NCBI GenBank assembly: GCA_002633005.1
Contig: NMRA01000002.1
Span: forward strand, 2,862,687-2,926,686
Reading direction: 5' to 3'
DNA length: 64,000 bases
Source: Phoronis australis
Lineage: Eukaryota; Animalia; Phoronida
Position numbers and translations under genes: made by a program. Position 1 is the first letter of the stretch. Every line of letters starts with the position of its first letter. The notes beneath the pieces are model-generated. The model ran no database searches. It saw only the letters and a program-made list of their open reading frames with translations, and was not told the DNA's origin. This document shows positions 61,465 to 64,000 of the stretch, one piece after another.

Positions 61465-62146
61465 CAGTGGTGGATTTAGGGGGGGGGGNNNNNNNNNNNN
61501 NNNNNNNNNNNNNNNNNNNNNNNNNNNNNNNNNNNNNNNNNNNNNNNNNNNNNNNNNNNNNNNNNNNNNNNNNNNNNNNNNNNNNNNNNNNNNNNNNNNN
61601 NNNNNNNNNNNNNNNNNNNNNNNNNNNNNNNNNNNNNNNNNNNNNNNNNNNNNNNNNNNNNNNNNNNNNNNNNNNNNNNNNNNNNNNNNNNNNNNNNNNN
61701 NNNNNNNNNNNNNNNNNNNNNNNNNNNNNNNNNNNNNNNNNNNNNNNNNNNNNNNNNNNNNNNNNNNNNNNNNNNNNNNNNNNNNNNNNNNNNNNNNNNN
61801 NNNNNNNNNNNNNNNNNNNNNNNNNNNNNNNNNNNNNNNNNNNNNNNNNNNNNNNNNNNNNNNNNNNNNNNNNNNNNNNNNNNNNNNNNNNNNNNNNNNN
61901 NNNNNNNNNNNNNNNNNNNNNNNNNNNNNNNNNNNNNNNNNNNNNNNNNNNNNNNNNNNNNNNNGGGTGAATAAACAATGCCCTGAACAAACCCCCGATT
62001 ACCGTTTTTTTAGTCAAACGGTCCACAAACCCAAAAATTCGAGACCCCTGCATCCCTACAGTTTAGGTTGGGTGCGCGCGTCTGCCGAAATTTTGGTTAT
62101 TCCTGTGTCCTGCCCCCCCCAACTCAAAATCCTGGATCCGCCCCTG
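61465..62146. mobile_element. Second copy of the same MITE family in inverted orientation, spanning the N gap
   Basis: 61965-62146 is the reverse complement of ~60230-60420; flanked by tggcc on both sides (possible 5-bp TSD). Confidence 0.7.
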
Positions 62147-63405
62147 TGGCCCTTGTTCTTTCGAGAATAAAAATGTCCATTTTGTATGCTTCGGTGTATA
62201 TCAAGTTTTGGAGAGCTTTAGGGAGGAAAAGGCGGAATGTTAGAAGGCATTAGCAAATGGTTAGGAGGACGAAACCATCTCTCGGCATACAGCTACCTGG
62301 TGTGACATTTGATTGGTTTAAACAGAAATTTGTGGAGAAAGTCATCGGCCTATGACATTGATTGGACAACACGTACACTCCCTGTCTTTGAACTAAACCT
62401 AATGTTTATTAATGAGGGCATTTGAAAGATCAGTTTATACAAATAACCCAAACGATATCGAGGAGCTGAAGAGAGAAATCCTGCAAAAAATCAGCAACAT
62501 AGGCTACTCCATGATAAATGTAGGTCAGTAATCGACAATATTGCGCACCGTCTAGCTGCTTGTCTCGCTGGTTCCCTGCGTGCCGCTAGGTGGTCGGTAG
62601 GAAACCAGCGAGTAATGCTTGTGTGCTTGTAGTAAAACGATGGACACTTAGAGTAAATTTTAAGCAGGCGATAAAACGGTGACGAATCAACATTGTATTT
62701 GGAATTTGGTAGAAATGACATCCATTCAGAGGAGTTTTGAATCCCAAAGTTTGGCAATGATCTCGTTACAAGTAATTATTTTGAAAGCAAAAACGTAGGC
62801 AACATTTTTGGGTCTCCTCGTTGTATTGTATGTTCGAGATGTTTTTGATTTTGCCCACAGGAGGGGGTTCCTTTGGCTTCACCCGAAAAACAGATATGGA
62901 CTAACAAATGAAATATTAAACGTTATACAGCATTAGGCTACATGGAATGATCCCGAGGGTGATATCAGGTCATACATGGATCGGGGATTGGTCTATATTT
63001 GTTTTTATACGATCATTGCTCCTCTGATTTCTTCGTCTGTTTGTGTATTGGCATACTTTAATGCAGCGTCATCGTATGCATGCTTTGTATACACCGTCGG
63101 TCACCGGTTAATGGTTTCTTCACGCTTTAATTTATCAGATTACGAAAAGCGACGGGCGGCATGATTGAAAAAACAAATTCCACGCCTAGCCGGTCGACAT
63201 CATCTCATAACGGAAGTTATCGTACTGCAAATGACCACGAAAGTTGAGTGACAGCTAACGACGACAAAATACAGCTTTAAAGTTTTACTTCCTCTCCGCT
63301 GCGGTCGTCATAGTTTTCTGTTAAAAGTGATGACCATTTATCTGAACGAAACATTGACGCGGTACAACAGAGGGCCCCATCTGAACCCTAATTGGTTCCT
63401 GAAGC

Positions 63406-64000
63406 TTAACACTTCATTTACTTCGAGGACAAAAACCAGTCCCGCCACTAAGTGGTGGAGCATAGTTTAGGTCGTTCTCCGCCACTAGAACAAGACGTGC
63501 TAACTGTTGGAATAATACTGTAATTGCTCTCAATTTGCAACGACTTGTGCAACCCTTCACGCCACAATCTATTGCGTATTACATATATTTTTGCAACAAC
63601 TGAGGCGGTGTGCTATTCAAAAGTTTGTGCAGAACTGTTGCAAAACATAAAATCAGTTGTCGGTTTGCGCAGTCNACACATCCGAGGTAGAACAATGACT
63701 GACTCGGCAGCTCTCACAGTCAGACTATATGAAAAGAAATTGGCGCGAAATACTTGCCTCCTTAAACGTCACTTCCGGAGTAGCGGACGAGTAATTAATA
63801 AAATTACGAAAAGCTGTAATTAAGTGGAAAATATGTCTAGGATAACCAACCAACCTTATTTTAGCTCAAAATGACATGGAAAAAGGTTGCCTTCGCCTTT
63901 AACACTTCATTTACTTCGAGGACAAAAACCAGTCCCGCCACTAAGTGGTGGAGCATAGTTTAGGTCGTTCTCCGCCACTAGAACAAGACGTGCTAACTGT
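63406..64000 (+). repeat. Exact ~100-bp direct repeat (63406-63507 and 63899-64000) flanking the N join at 63675
   Basis: Direct sequence identity; 493-bp offset. Confidence 0.85.

Noticed and set aside
61281-62170. 229-258-aa ORFs on both strands
   Set aside because: Artefacts of reading through the N gap.
63406-64000. Direct repeat as LTR or biological tandem duplication
   Set aside because: A single-N join lies between identical copies; likely contig overlap, and the window ends before it can be assessed.

Overview
AT-rich, repeat-rich eukaryotic DNA from a draft assembly, probably an invertebrate animal. It has two N-gaps (32530-33509, 61489-61964) and single-N joins at 14718, 43232, 58566, 60516 and 63675. 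The main feature is a + strand NOC3L (nucleolar complex protein 3) gene. I traced 19 coding exons with GT-AG boundaries and consistent phases from 7045 to the stop at 53931 (796 aa); the short first exon carrying the ATG was not found. A three-exon NOC3L cassette appears twice across a single-N join, probably as an uncollapsed second haplotype. The 19.4-kb intron at 22969-42371 holds several antisense ORFs and exons of unknown function (512 aa, 267 aa and a phase-matched spliced pair). It also holds a near full-length, mutated CR1-group LINE with a 41-bp hairpin-containing tandem array between ORF1 and ORF2, inserted inside a TA-flanked TIR element. The rest is nested non-autonomous DNA transposons/MITEs, a two-copy ~780-bp element with an internal complement of its own joined ends and a tRNA-like segment, and a decayed Penelope-like RT/GIY-YIG fragment. 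All calls come from reading the sequence by eye; no searches were run.
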